Source: Eledone cirrhosa
Taxonomy: Eukaryota
Length of the DNA: 64,000 nucleotides
Direction of reading: 5' to 3'
Assembly (NCBI GenBank): GCA_964016885.1
Contig: OZ024743.1
Coordinates: forward strand, 368,962,001-369,026,000
Part shown: positions 23,505 to 35,760 of the stretch, piece after piece
Layout of the letters: every line of letters begins with the position of its first letter
How positions within the stretch are numbered: position 1 is the first letter of the stretch
The notes under the pieces: model-generated
What the model saw: the letters and a program-made list of their open reading frames with translations, nothing else
Databases searched by the model: none
What the model was told of the DNA's origin: nothing
Made by a program: the position numbers and the translations under genes

Positions 23505-25574
23505 ATGCAGAAACAACACCTTAATATTTCTACAAAGAACATACTCGTACCCAGCAGGAAGACATATTTAAAACTTCTTATACAAAAACGGATTCATTCC
23601 TTAAAAGGTTTCATAGGCGCGCCTTTTATTTCAATAACCAGGAAAAAGCGGACAATAAACAGGATAAATTTGGGTTTAAAACTTATAATAACCCTCCGAG
23701 TAACCCAGCTTTGCTACCCTTCGAAAGCGATGTCTTGGAACTCATACGGAATAACAAATTTCGGAACAGGAGCAATTCCTTCCAACAAGACCTGAAGAAT
23801 AGAATTCGTTCTATTAAGGATTCTAATGCCGTGGACGTCCACTCCGACAAAACTGGTAGTCTATATCAAATGGAGCGCAGTACTTACCATCAACTTCTAC
23901 ATAATGCTGTAACCAAGGATTACCGGAAAACCAATCGGAGTGTCATTAATGACATCAACGATGCTGGGTTTAAAATCACTTCTGAACTCAACATCCAGGA
24001 CCGGACTGAACCTCTGGACGATAACGCTCCCCACTTTACCCTGAAGGATCACAAACCCAATTTCGCTAACAACCCTTCTATTCGGCTAATTAACCCTGCG
24101 AAGTCTGGTTTAGGTAGACTTAGTAAAAGGATTTTAGATAGTATTATACCTGAAAGTAGAAGATTGGCCCCTCTAGCATTGTGGAATAATTCTTTCACGG
24201 TGATTGATTGGTTCAATGGCATATGCAACAAGGAACATTGCCGTTTTATCCAATTTGACATCAGTAACTACTACTCCTCCACCACTTCTTAGAGCTATCA
24301 ATTTCGCTAAAACGCTCACGGGGGTTAAGGATTTCGAAGTTGATGTCATCCTCAATGCCCGTAAGTCGGTGATTAATGTTGACGACTCTATTTGGATATA
24401 AAAAACCTAATTCGACGTGAGTATGGGCGCCAGCGATTCGGCGGAGGTTACAGACCTTATCGGCCTTTTCCTTCTCTTCTCTATCAAGGAAGAATTCCCC
24501 AATGTGGGCGGTGGTTTGTACCGCGCTTGCCACAGGTTTAAAAAAGAACTCACAGCCTTCTTTAAAGGCTTCAACCTCTCCATACAGGTTGAGGCCAGCC
24601 TTTCGGTCATAAACTGCCTCGACGTTACCCTCAATTTGTCAAATAGCTTGCACTACCCGTATAGGAAGCCGAATGATACGCTTAATTACATCAGTAAGCA
24701 TTCTAACCATCCTGCCAGCATAACCAAGAACCTGGTAAGAAACGTTTCTTTGAGGCTTTCCTGTCTATCTACAAACGAGCATATTTTCACCTACCATTCC
24801 AAATATTACAATGAAGCTCTTGCTCAGAGTGGACTTGTCGATAAGGTAGCATATATAACGTATGAGCATACACCTATGAAAAATAGATCCCGACGAATTA
24901 TATGGTATAACCCACCATATAATATGGAGGTGGCCACACCATTAGCTAAGGTCTTTCTCGCCCTTATTAAGAAACATTTCCCCTCAGCACATAAATATAA
25001 TAAAATTTTTAATAGAAATACCATTAAAATATCTTACTCTACGACTCCTAACATTGCACATAACATCACTGCTTCAAATTTAGCTAAATTACCTAGCCGT
25101 AGGAACATGTGCAACCCTGTAGCTAGTACTAACTATAATTGTAGGAATCGGGTTGACTGCCTTCTATCCGGGAAATGCCTCTCCAGTAATATTGTCTACA
25201 AATGTAAGGTCGAAACACCCACGTCTAGTAGGGCCTACATAGGGTTAACCGCCAATAGATTCAAGCAGCGTCTTTACATGCACACCCACTCTTTTCTTAA
25301 CCCTTTAAGAAGGAATATGACGTCACTCTCAGCTTATATCTGGAGTCTAAAAGACAACCACACCCAATATAGGTTACACTGGGAGATCCTAGCTAAAGCT
25401 AGATCGTATAACGGAAATAAAAGATCATGCGATCTTTGCGCCGCTGAAGCCCTGGAAATTCTCTACGCCAAAGATCACATCTTAAAAAAAAAATCTGAGG
25501 CAATTTTGGCTTGTAAACACAAATTGCATAAAACTTTACTGTATTACAGCCCTACATTATACCCTAACGGATAG
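23505..25574 (+). pseudogene. PLE RT/GIY-YIG polyprotein, frameshifted, with the catalytic DD deleted
   Basis: DKT, KDHKPNF..RLINP, FDISNYY, MGASDSAE, GLYR[DD missing], LDVTLNL, SNHP, IIWYNPPY, NIVYKC..AYIG..FKQR..H and CDLC..E. Confidence 0.88.
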
Positions 25575-25966
25575 TACGAACAATACGCGGATAATTAACG
25601 TCTTGATGTGGTAGCTAAGTATATTTTATGTTTATACCATTACTTATTTGTATAGGTAAGTATACCTTACCCGTATGTTTTGTGGAGGTATGTATACTTT
25701 CTCGTACGTATATATGCTGGTATTTGTTATAGGTGTATATATTATATATACTGGTATATGTGTATATGGTTATGTGTATATGTGTATTTTGTGTTTGTGT
25801 GTGTATGCGTGTATGCGTGTTTGCACGTATGTAAGGTGTGTATATGAGTACATTGAGTTTTGTGAACATATGTGTATCTACCTGTAGGTATGTGTGTGTG
25901 CGTTATATACGTATTTATGTGTGTATATTTATATATGCTTATATAATTATATGTATACACATACAT

Positions 25967-26153
25967 AGGGCGGTGGATTGGCAGTATCGGTAGAGGGTCG
26001 GACGCCATGCTTTGACGCATAGAGTTACGGCCCTTGCCATTCTGAGTTCAAATCCCGCCGAGGTAAACTTTGCCTGTCATCCTTACGAGGTCGATAAAAT
26101 AAAGTACCAGTAATGTACTGGGTTATTGTGGCCTTGTGCCAAAAGTAGAAACA
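25967..26153 (+). mobile_element. Full-length Meta-core SINE with TSD
   Basis: Same family; flanked by ATAATTATATGTATACACA at 25943-25961 and 26154-26172. Confidence 0.88.
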
Positions 26154-26859
26154 ATAATTATATGTATACACACACACACAGACACATGTATTTTTTTATG
26201 TGTATACATTTGTACATGTGTTGTGCGGGTTTATATACGTGCATATATGCATGCATGGCTGGTGTTTTCGCGTATGCAAGTGTATGTACGTGTATGATGT
26301 GTGTATGTATATATTTAATTATTACTTTTATGATTTTAATAACCTCCGTCATTTTCGTTCTACTAATTTATTTACATTATTCTTAATTCTGAAGCCGGGA
26401 ATCATTCGGCTTCCTAAATAGAATATTAGTCTAATGACTCCTTTTATACCATAAACGTGGTTTTGTCCGTGCGTGTATTTGTTCTCATCGCTCCACATAA
26501 CAACGTATTAACTTCGCATTTTCCCGTTCATTGCCAGGGAACGTCTTCACGAACCAAAGTATCGTTTTCCCGTTTCCATTCGGTTGCAACGTTTTTCGAA
26601 ATAATTACTTCTGCGTTCACAGATTGTTTTTTTTAGTTTCAGAAGATCCCGTTAAGGATGAAAGAAGCGATTCTTTGCTTAAACTTTAATCTGTTATTTT
26701 AATTTTTTAAAATATATATATATATATATATATATGTAGGTATGGGTTATATCGAACAATAATAATGTTCGATTTGTTTGTAAACAAACGAGCCCAATTA
26801 GAAGCTGTGCCATGCTGGTGACCGATCGTCACCTGTTTGTTCAACACTGGCTTTGAAGA

Positions 26860-26903
26860 ACAATCAACATCTTTCTGGGTCATTACCCTTCATCAGGACT
26901 GTA
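26860..26903 (-). ncRNA. Minimal type I hammerhead ribozyme motif (PLE-associated)
   Basis: Minus strand: ACAGTC-CTGATGA-A-GGGT AATG ACCC-A-GAAA-GAT-GTT-GATTGT. Stem II is GGGT/ACCC and stem I is ACAGTC/GATTGT. Confidence 0.65.
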
Positions 26904-27009
26904 TACCTCTCTGCCAATGTGTTGAGTGGTTGAAAATATTTAGTACTTTCTTAAGTATACATCGACTAAGTAGCTTCATTTGCATACTGCTATAACGTAC
27001 ATGTCTATA

Positions 27010-27044
<35 letters not shown>

Positions 27045-27069
27045 GTGCGTGTGTAGGTATGCATACTTA

Positions 27070-27112
<43 letters not shown>

Positions 27113-27117
<5 letters not shown>

Positions 27118-27405
27118 CATATTTAAAAAACAGAGTGGCTCATCGGAACTCAAAGGAATATAAATTAAAATAATGTTACATTATATAATGTTCCATATAT
27201 TGGTTTTTACCCATCTTGTTACCCATAGGCAGATCTCACACAATGCAGCCTCGACAGATGAATACTGCTTGATTATGGCTGACAGCTGATCCAACCAAGA
27301 CACCATAGTAAAAACCAATATATAGAACATTATATTATGTAACATTATTTTAATTTATATTCCTTTGAGTTCCGATGAGCCACTCTGTTTTTTAAATATG
27401 TTAAT
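27113..27405. repeat. Long inverted repeat (~97-bp arms, ~100-bp spacer)
   Basis: 27113-27210 versus 27308-27405 are near-perfect reverse complements. Confidence 0.9.
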
Positions 27406-28559
27406 TATTTTCAACTGAACCAGATCAATTATGATATATAGTCATCTGATCCAGAAATAATATATGGAGTAGCGAAACAATTGTAAACGGACATTATTAT
27501 TATTAATATTATTATTATTATTAATATTATTATTCTCTACATTCCTTACATCAAACTAAAATATGTTAACAATCTTTTAATAATGTCTTCCTTGTGAAGT
27601 TTGTGGTCTTGTTTTGCTTAACTAATGAATATTTCCAGCTCTGTGCACCTAGCTTCTGCATGAAACCAGCCACCTAGCTGCTTTCTACTGCATATCGCAC
27701 ATTGAGCACATGCCTTTACACTTTGGCTTCTAACCAATTCACCAATCTCTCCTCTCATATCTACTCTACTATCTCCATCTCTCTCTTTAAGATTGGTTAC
27801 TCTTGAACTGTGTATATATATATATATATATATATAACATATATACACACACACATACACACGTGTACATTAACATACAAAGAGACACACACACACTTCT
27901 CCGTATAAGACAAGCGCTGAAAAATATCTTTTAACATGTTAAAATATCCCCCACACACTTACAGACACATTCCTACTGACCATCCCTCTACCACGAATTA
28001 CTCTGCTACACACACACACACTTGTCTTAATAAGCATTTGAACTGTCAACAGGTTGCGGTTTGCACACACATCCCTGCTGACCATTATCACAACAACGAA
28101 CCTCTTTACTTCTACTACACACACACACATATTTGTTGTGAAAGACTTATTTCTCAGTCAGCCGACACAAACCTACATTTGGCGCAAAATCAATTTTTTA
28201 CATTCACATGACCTCTACCGACCAATCAAAATTGTTTTGACCACAAGAATTTTTGCAACACGAATTGGCGCAAAACTTATTTTAATACCGCTGGAGCCAC
28301 TTTTTTAACATAAAAACAGGTAGAATTCCCAAAACTAATCAGATCAGAGCAAACATCACGGACGCTCTATCTCAAAATTATTTTTGAAAAGCATTAGAAA
28401 TGCGCAACCGGTAAAACTTAAAACCAAAACTGAATACTAACCAATACTATTACTAATTCTCACTTATTCCTAATTAAACTATTTTTCACTGTGAACAATT
28501 TGTCAGCATTTTCTATTCCGTTTACCAATATATATATATATATATAATTTACAGGTTAT

Positions 28560-29300
28560 ACATTTCTTATCCCCTGTATAGATAAGAAATGTATAACCTG
28601 TAAATTAAGCCCCCATATTAACTGTAAAACTAGAAATGTAGTATAAGATGTATTGAAGGACAATGTAGAGACAAAAATATAGTGTACATAGGTGAGACAG
28701 CTCGTAGTATAGGGGAACGGATAAATGAACACTGGCGAGACCTTCAAGATAGTAAAGAATCATCTGTACTCTACCAACATGCTAAAATAGAACATAAGGG
28801 TTAATTAGAGAACATAGAAATAAAATTAGAATCTACACACAGACAAATCACAGAGGCAATAAACATAAAAGAATTACAACCAAAATTAATTCCATGAGTG
28901 GAACAGCAACATCACAACTTACAATTAAGGACAAAATGAAAACACACACGCACATAGAACAAACAACCAACCTGTAACATGTAAATAAACAAATAAATAA
29001 ATGAATATAAACACACACAGACACCCGGATGTGGCGCATGCGCAGACTGAGCACACAACACACACACAGAAACAAGATGGCGTATGACAGAACAAAGGAG
29101 AGGCACAAAAACAAAGAAAAGAATCCCCAGTCACTGAAGAGGTCACATAATGTGTGACGAAAGAACTTTGACAATATATAAACAACCATCTGGTTGTGGA
29201 ACCAACCAACCAACCGGAAATTTATAAATTCCTAAATTTATAAATTTATTATAATAAATTGAAGTGAAAGCAACTGGTGCATGTGTTTCTTATTGGCAAC
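28560..29300 (+). mobile_element. Penelope-like element 3' remnant: GIY-YIG + pseudo-LTR
   Basis: CKTRNVV..IVYIGETARSIGERINEHW, with a hammerhead downstream. Confidence 0.75.
29130..29172 (+). ncRNA. Minimal type I hammerhead ribozyme motif
   Basis: GTCA-CTGAAGA-G-GTCACA TAATG TGTGAC-GAAA-G AA CTT-TGAC: intact core, 6-bp stem II, 2-bp stem III and stem I GTCA/TGAC. Confidence 0.8.
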
Positions 29301-29380
29301 ATGACCCTCCCAAAGTACAACAATATATAACAATATATATAATATATATATCTATATCTATATATATATATATACATATG

Positions 29381-30043
<663 letters not shown>

Positions 30044-30049
30044 TTATCA

Positions 30050-30500
30050 GAAATACCAAGATCCCCCAGTCGACATCAGGGATGTCCAAGCCCTGGCCTG
30101 TAACCTTTCCTTTGCCATATCAAATGAGGACTTAATAGCTGTCCTGAGATCCTTTCCAGGGAGCAACTGAAGTGGGGTGGATGGCCTGTGTCCTGGCTAC
30201 TTCAGAGACCTTTTCTCACCACATGCTACTGAGACAGGAATACACTTGCTCCAGTTATTCACAGCTCTCATCAACCGTCTTCTCCATGCCAGCTTGCTTG
30301 GTTATGCCCATTATATTTTCTTCTCACCTACTCTGACTACTCTAAGGAAGAATGACAGAGTGATCTGTCCTATTGCAGTGAGCAACGTCTTCCAACAACA
30401 TGCAGCCAAGATAGCTTGCAATTCAGTCAAAGAAGACCTGAGCAAGGTGCTAAGCACTGTTCAGCTTGGAGTGAGAGTCAAGTGTGGATATGAGTGTTGT
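30050..30500 (+). pseudogene. CRE-clade LINE RT N-terminal fragment
   Basis: AVLRSFP..SGVDGL..PIAVSNVF..AAKIAC..VQLGV..G. Confidence 0.7.
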
Positions 30501-30668
30501 AGTGTCGTGGTGTAGTGTTGTGGTGTTACTATGTTGCAATGTTGCAGTGTTGTGGTGTTGTAGTGTTACATATCATCTCAAAACTTAAAACTTTCATTAC
30601 CATATTTTTAATGATATATTTTGTATTTCAATTTATTAATGAAAGATTTGGAGAGATTTATTAAAACT

Positions 30669-31800
30669 ACTAGCAGTGTATTCAGGCGTTGCATGGGTAA
30701 GAACATTGGTAAGAGCACCCCCAATGAGAAACGTTTATTTGTGAGTGCCTGTTAAAAACTCACAAAAATATACTGACAGGAAACTTGTTTTATTTGGAGA
30801 AAATTAAGAAGTTGAAAGTACAGTTTAGATATATTGTTAATAGAAATATTGTTGAGCCCCTTCTTTTCATACTTCTCTGTTTTGGCCTATTGGAGTAAAT
30901 GTGAAAGAGAAAGTCACAGGTTAAGTTGGCAGAAGGTTCCAGTACAATAGCAGTAAGGCGTAGGCTACTTACCTCAAAAGTTCATTCGCACTCTTGTCAC
31001 TAAGTTACTCTTTCTCTCTATCCCTCTCGGTGCAGTCCCTTGCGAATTTCTCGCGATCCATCTGCCCGATGCACATGTCCGCTTTGTACAGCTTTTGGAT
31101 GAAGGAGTGACCAGCAGTATGTTGTTCTGTATTATTACGAAAAGGTGTAGCAGAGAATCCTGCGTGAACTAACAGGAAACTGCTTACCTCGAAGATTGAT
31201 TTGCCATCGTTCTTGTCAATGCTCCGTTTAGTTGGTATTTGTTGGTCTACAGTTAGATGAATGGCGCCCAAAGGGTTAATGTTTATTGGCAAGAAGTGAC
31301 AACTGGGCTGGGCTGGCTTGCCTCGCTTATATTATATATTAAAATAACAGATTAAAGTTTAAGCAAAGAATCGCTTCTTTCACCCTTAACGGGATCTTCT
31401 GAAACTAAAAAAATCAATCTGTGAATGCAGAAGTAAATATTCCGAATGCAACCAAAGGAAAACAGGAAGACGATACTTTGGTTCGTGAAGACGTTCCCTG
31501 GCAATGAACGGAAAATAGCGAACATAATACGTCATCAATGTTTGTCATAATGTCGTAATGCAGACAGCCAGATATACAGACAGATATTATAATGGCGCGA
31601 CGGAGATCGATAACTGGCGCCTAACACCCCTTTAACAACAGAAAATTGAAAAATAAAAGCTGCAGCTAATATCTTTAGACCACAAGGAATATATAAATGC
31701 AAGTTTGAAGTCAATCGGAGTAGAAATGTGGATTTGTATAGACTTTGCAAAAATTAGGACACTCACACAGACAACTAGTTTTATATATATATGTATAGAT
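30669..31800 (-). mobile_element. HINE/Helentron-associated element with internal cargo
   Basis: Terminus ACTAGCAGTG..GGCGTTGCATGGG (compare 42115-42143); the other end is shared with 12185-12385. Confidence 0.7.
31337..31535 (-). repeat. Solo copy of the PLE terminal repeat seen at 23236 and 26474
   Basis: ATTAAAATAACAGATTAAAGTTTAAGCAAAGAATCGC...GTGAAGACGTTCCC matches 23238-23430. Confidence 0.85.
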
Positions 31801-32084
31801 TAATCATTTAATTAAAAGCTAGTATTTTTAACATAAATTGACAAAAGGTTTTTATATGAAATTTTGTTGGAAGATTTTAAGTTAAATAGAACCAGATGTG
31901 ATTTGGGGCAGATTGGGATCAAAAAGGTTGTGGGATGGCCTATTTAAAACTCTGTTGAAACCTAAATTTCTGATTTGTCTCCATTGAGGTGCTTGGTATA
32001 TTTCTAATAAACTAGAATAAAATGTCGAGCAGCTAGATTCTTTTACTATGGATTCATCAGACTGTTGGTAACTTCTATGTTCAT

Positions 32085-32390
32085 CATCATTATCATTGTT
32101 TAATGTCCACTTTCCCTGCTAAGAGTTGGACATGTCTACATAAGCCAAGTCAGTCTTGAAACAGGCTCACAGACCTCTCTGGTAGGCCAGGGATCTGCAT
32201 CTCACTTCCATACAATCTCACATTCTACCAAATACACAGGAGAGGTGGTCAGGTCTTTGATACAACTGAAGGGTCTCCCAAGCCTTTGTTTGGCAAGCTT
32301 TCTATGGCTTGATGCCCTCCGTATCACCAACCACTTTACAGCATGTACTGGGTGCATTTATCATGTCAATCATCAACACTAGGGCGGCTG
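32085..32390 (-). mobile_element. Degenerate RTE-tailed SINE-like repeat
   Basis: CATCATCAT..TTTAATGTCCAC..TCTATGGCTTGATGCCCT..ACCAACCACTTTACAG. Confidence 0.55.
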
Positions 32391-33182
32391 TCATATCCTT
32401 GACATAACTGATGGGGGTCTTCCCAAACCTATTATCTTTAATTATTTATGAATCACACTTCTGTTTGTATCTTCACTATAATTTGATTGATATATCACCA
32501 AATCGTCAGATGTCTTAATTCTACATATATGATTTTAAGACATAAGTGACCAAGATGTAAACTACTAAAAAATTGTGACTGCCAGTTAGCTTTGATACCC
32601 ATTTGAATTCAATTCACTTTCCTTATTGCATCACTTACGCTATTGAGAAAGGTATAAACATGATATATTCTCATTCTGCTTTCTATCAAATTTCTACCCT
32701 TGAGTTACAAGTGAATTAGATATAATAGTAAACTACAGACTATTTGGTGGTCATGAGGTCAAATTTTGCAACAACCATTGTAGTATGACCATATGGTCAG
32801 TCTGAATTTTGTAGACTTTCTGAGACTAGCAAAGCTAATATCAGAGTCTGTCTGTCCTCCTGGCTCAGGCATTAAAAAAACCCAGAAATGTGTTGGTTCA
32901 TGACTAAATGGCTGGTGTATCAAAGCATAACCAAGTTATTGGTGTATTGACCATGACCAAGTTGCTGGGGGACCAAACAGTCAAAATTGTATCAGTATCA
33001 AACAGTTAAAACAAGTACTCTAGCAATATCAAAGTATCTGTAAATTTGAAAAGATTCATCCCAGGTACACTAGTATAAAAATGGAGATTAAAGTGTGAAA
33101 AACATTAAAATACTGATCACAAATGGAAGATTAGGCCACACACACAATCTATTTTGTTTAATTACATGTTTTAGTAAGATAA

Positions 33183-33390
33183 GGGATTGGCAGTATCAGT
33201 AGGGTGTCAGACAAAATGTTTTGTAGCATTTAGTAATGGCTCTTTAGTTATGACCCTCAGTTCAAATGCTGTTGAGATCAGCTTTGCCTTTCATTTTTCT
33301 GGGTTTGAAAAGATAAAATACTAGTCAAATAATAGGATCAAATTAATCAACTTCCACTCCCACCTGCAATCATTGGCCTTTTTCCTAACA
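33183..33390 (+). mobile_element. Old Meta-core SINE
   Basis: GGATTGGCAGTATCAGTAG..AGTTCAAATG..TTTGCCTTTCAT. Confidence 0.65.
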
Positions 33391-34130
33391 TCATCATCAT
33401 CATCATCATTTTATATCCATTGTTCCATGCTTGCATGGGTTTGATGGGTACTTCTCAGTACATCATCTCTCCATTCATTGTGTTCCTTTGTCATCTCCTC
33501 TGCGAGTCTCAGCAGTTTGTGACGAGCTCTTCCCATTTTCATCCATGTCTTCCTTGGTCTTCCTCTTCTGTGCCTTCTTTCCACTGGGTTTACTTGGCAC
33601 TTTTTCACCATGAGAGGGTCATGGGGGCAGAGTCTGAAACACGCTTTCCAGCAGGTCCTGTCAGAAGTAACCATCTCCAGTTGATCTGGTTGGATCCCCA
33701 ACTTACACTAGCCAACTTCATGGATGTTATCCAACCATCTTTCTCAGGGTCTACTTCTGGTTCTCCTGTCAGTTGGTTTTGCCCATCTGTCCAGCAATTC
33801 TTTACTGAGATATTCTAGCCAAATGTCCATAATATCAGAGTTAGGATCTCTCAATTTGGAGAAGTAGCAGCTCTATCTGGAATAACTCTCTGATCTCTGA
33901 GCTACGCACTCTATCGAGTAACATTACTCTAAATACCCTTCAGTGGAACCCCATTTCAGCCACTTGCATTTGTGCATTCCTTCGGTCATTACCCAAGATT
34001 CATGACCATAGGTAAAGATTAACATGAATACCAAACTGAAAATAGCAAGTTTGGCTTTTACATTTACCTCCCTTCTTCTGATGACTGAATGCTGAAGCTG
34101 ACACATTACTGCACCAGCTCCTGCAATATT
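33390..34130 (-). mobile_element. RTE LINE 3' fragments (two joined pieces) ending in (GAT)n
   Basis: AKLAIF..TYGHESWVMTE and RGRPRKTW; tail CATGCAAGCATGGAACAATGGATATAAAATGATGATG. Confidence 0.7.
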
Positions 34131-34844
34131 TACCCTAAGTTCAGTTTTAAACCTTATAATTCATTTTGAATTCAAAATTCTAAAACATAATGAAGAACAA
34201 CTGCAAGACATTCCCCACTGCCATCTCCTGCTTTTAGTGGGGAAATGGGAATTAAATGATGGGGATAATGATGGTGGTGGTGTTAATGATGATGTTTGTA
34301 TCACTTCTACTTTTAGACCACCATTGGGAATGATAAATAAATATTTATATCATTTTTTTTAACTTAATCACCCTGACCATATCAACTATTGAGAGTTTAT
34401 AGACCATTGCTGAATATTTAGTTCATTTCTTTCTCCATCTGATAGAGGATTTTTTTTCCATTTAACCAGAGTAGGCTAGAGCCATACATCAACATAATGT
34501 TTTAATGCTTGTTTTCTAAACTGTCGTAACTCTTAAGTTGAAGGCAGAAATATGATTAATTTCCTTAAAGTGGCTAACTATATAAAGAGAAAAATAATGA
34601 ACTCTATTGAAAGTAAGATTGGTTTGTTGTTAGTGTATCATTTCTATATAACGTCACATACACTGAAACTATTCTGACAATAATGGATGAGCCTTTGAAG
34701 ATATAGTCCTATATTGCATTAGTATTAAATTCCAAATGATTATATGATTTGCAATCCTGAAGATCATCTGCTATAGATGGCAATTTCTTCCTAACTACCA
34801 CTCCCATCACAGACAATAGTTATTTTTCAATAAAATTGGTTAAT

Positions 34845-35060
34845 TGACAGCCTGCTTGAGGAGTGAGCCCCATGAGGTGGGGTGGATGTTGCAGCAGGTA
34901 TCTCTGGCCATTCTCCATGGTAATACCATTGCCATTTTGTCCATTGGGTGTGACTGAGGCACTGCACAGACTGGGGTATAGTGTCTGTCCCTCCCCCTCT
35001 CTCTTCTTCTCATTGCTTGATTCTTTTTTTCTTTTTCCTGTGTATTTTGTTTTTGTATAA
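34845..35060 (+). pseudogene. CRE-clade LINE 3' end
   Basis: EPHEVGWMLQQVSLAILHGNTIAIL followed by a T-rich 3' UTR. Confidence 0.65.
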
Positions 35061-35239
35061 ACAGCTTTGTAAAATAAAATAACTTTATACGCCAGAAAAA
35101 AAGTTTACTTTCACTCTTTTTTACAGTGTTAGCTACAGTAGGAACAGCTTCTTATTTTTCTCTCTATCACATCATACACCCCCCATAAAGGTATGACATT
35201 GGAAAATATAGTATAAGATAAATAATAATAATAATATTT

Positions 35240-35760
35240 AAATAAAACAAAATAAAAGAAAATTAAAGAAGAAAAAGAAAAAAAGAGAATTAAGCAATGA
35301 AAGGACTGGAGAAGGGCAAGGGACAGACTCTACACCCCACTCATAGCAGCGATTTGGCAATGCCCTGCAGATGGAATGGTGAAAGCATTGCCACTGCAAC
35401 AACCATTCTGCCTCATGGGACTCCTTCTTCTTGTGGGCTGCTTCATGGGACTCCTTCTTCTTGTGGGCTGCTGTCTTTCTGATTTTGCAGAGGAAATTGG
35501 CAGTACAGAGACCAAGGATACCAGAGGTCTTGATGGTGACAGGTACACAAAGGAAGAGGTTGGTCAAGACCTCTGTATTGCAGGTGACAGTGCTTGGGTT
35601 TGTGGCCAAAGCAACAAGGTTGGAGGCAGAGAACGAGTCACAACCAGTCTCATCCCAGATTAGGGATTTACCTCCCTCAAATGGAAAGAGGGTTATTCCA
35701 TCACCGACTTGTCCCTCAGATGCTAATAATATTTGCTACTTCTCTTCCAAGCAAGATCTC
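35240..35760 (-). pseudogene. CRE-clade LINE restriction-like endonuclease/3' end
   Basis: DGITLFPFEGGKSLIWD..CDSFSASN..KTSGILG..EAEWLLQ; homologous to 52490-53020. Confidence 0.75.

Larger units (their letters stand above)
23236..26703 (+). mobile_element. Penelope-like element (RT + C-terminal GIY-YIG; clade uncertain, Neptune/Nematis-like) bounded by inverted repeats
   Basis: ORF pieces 23505-25574; 23236-23456 is the reverse complement of 26474-26703; microsatellite-rich 3' region. Confidence 0.85.

Noticed and set aside
35127-35190. Possible 64-nt host exon (TTTTTTACAG ... AAG|GTATGA)
   Set aside because: The splice-like signals are plausible, but there is no recognisable peptide or partner exon and it could be chance in T-rich DNA; it needs RNA-seq.
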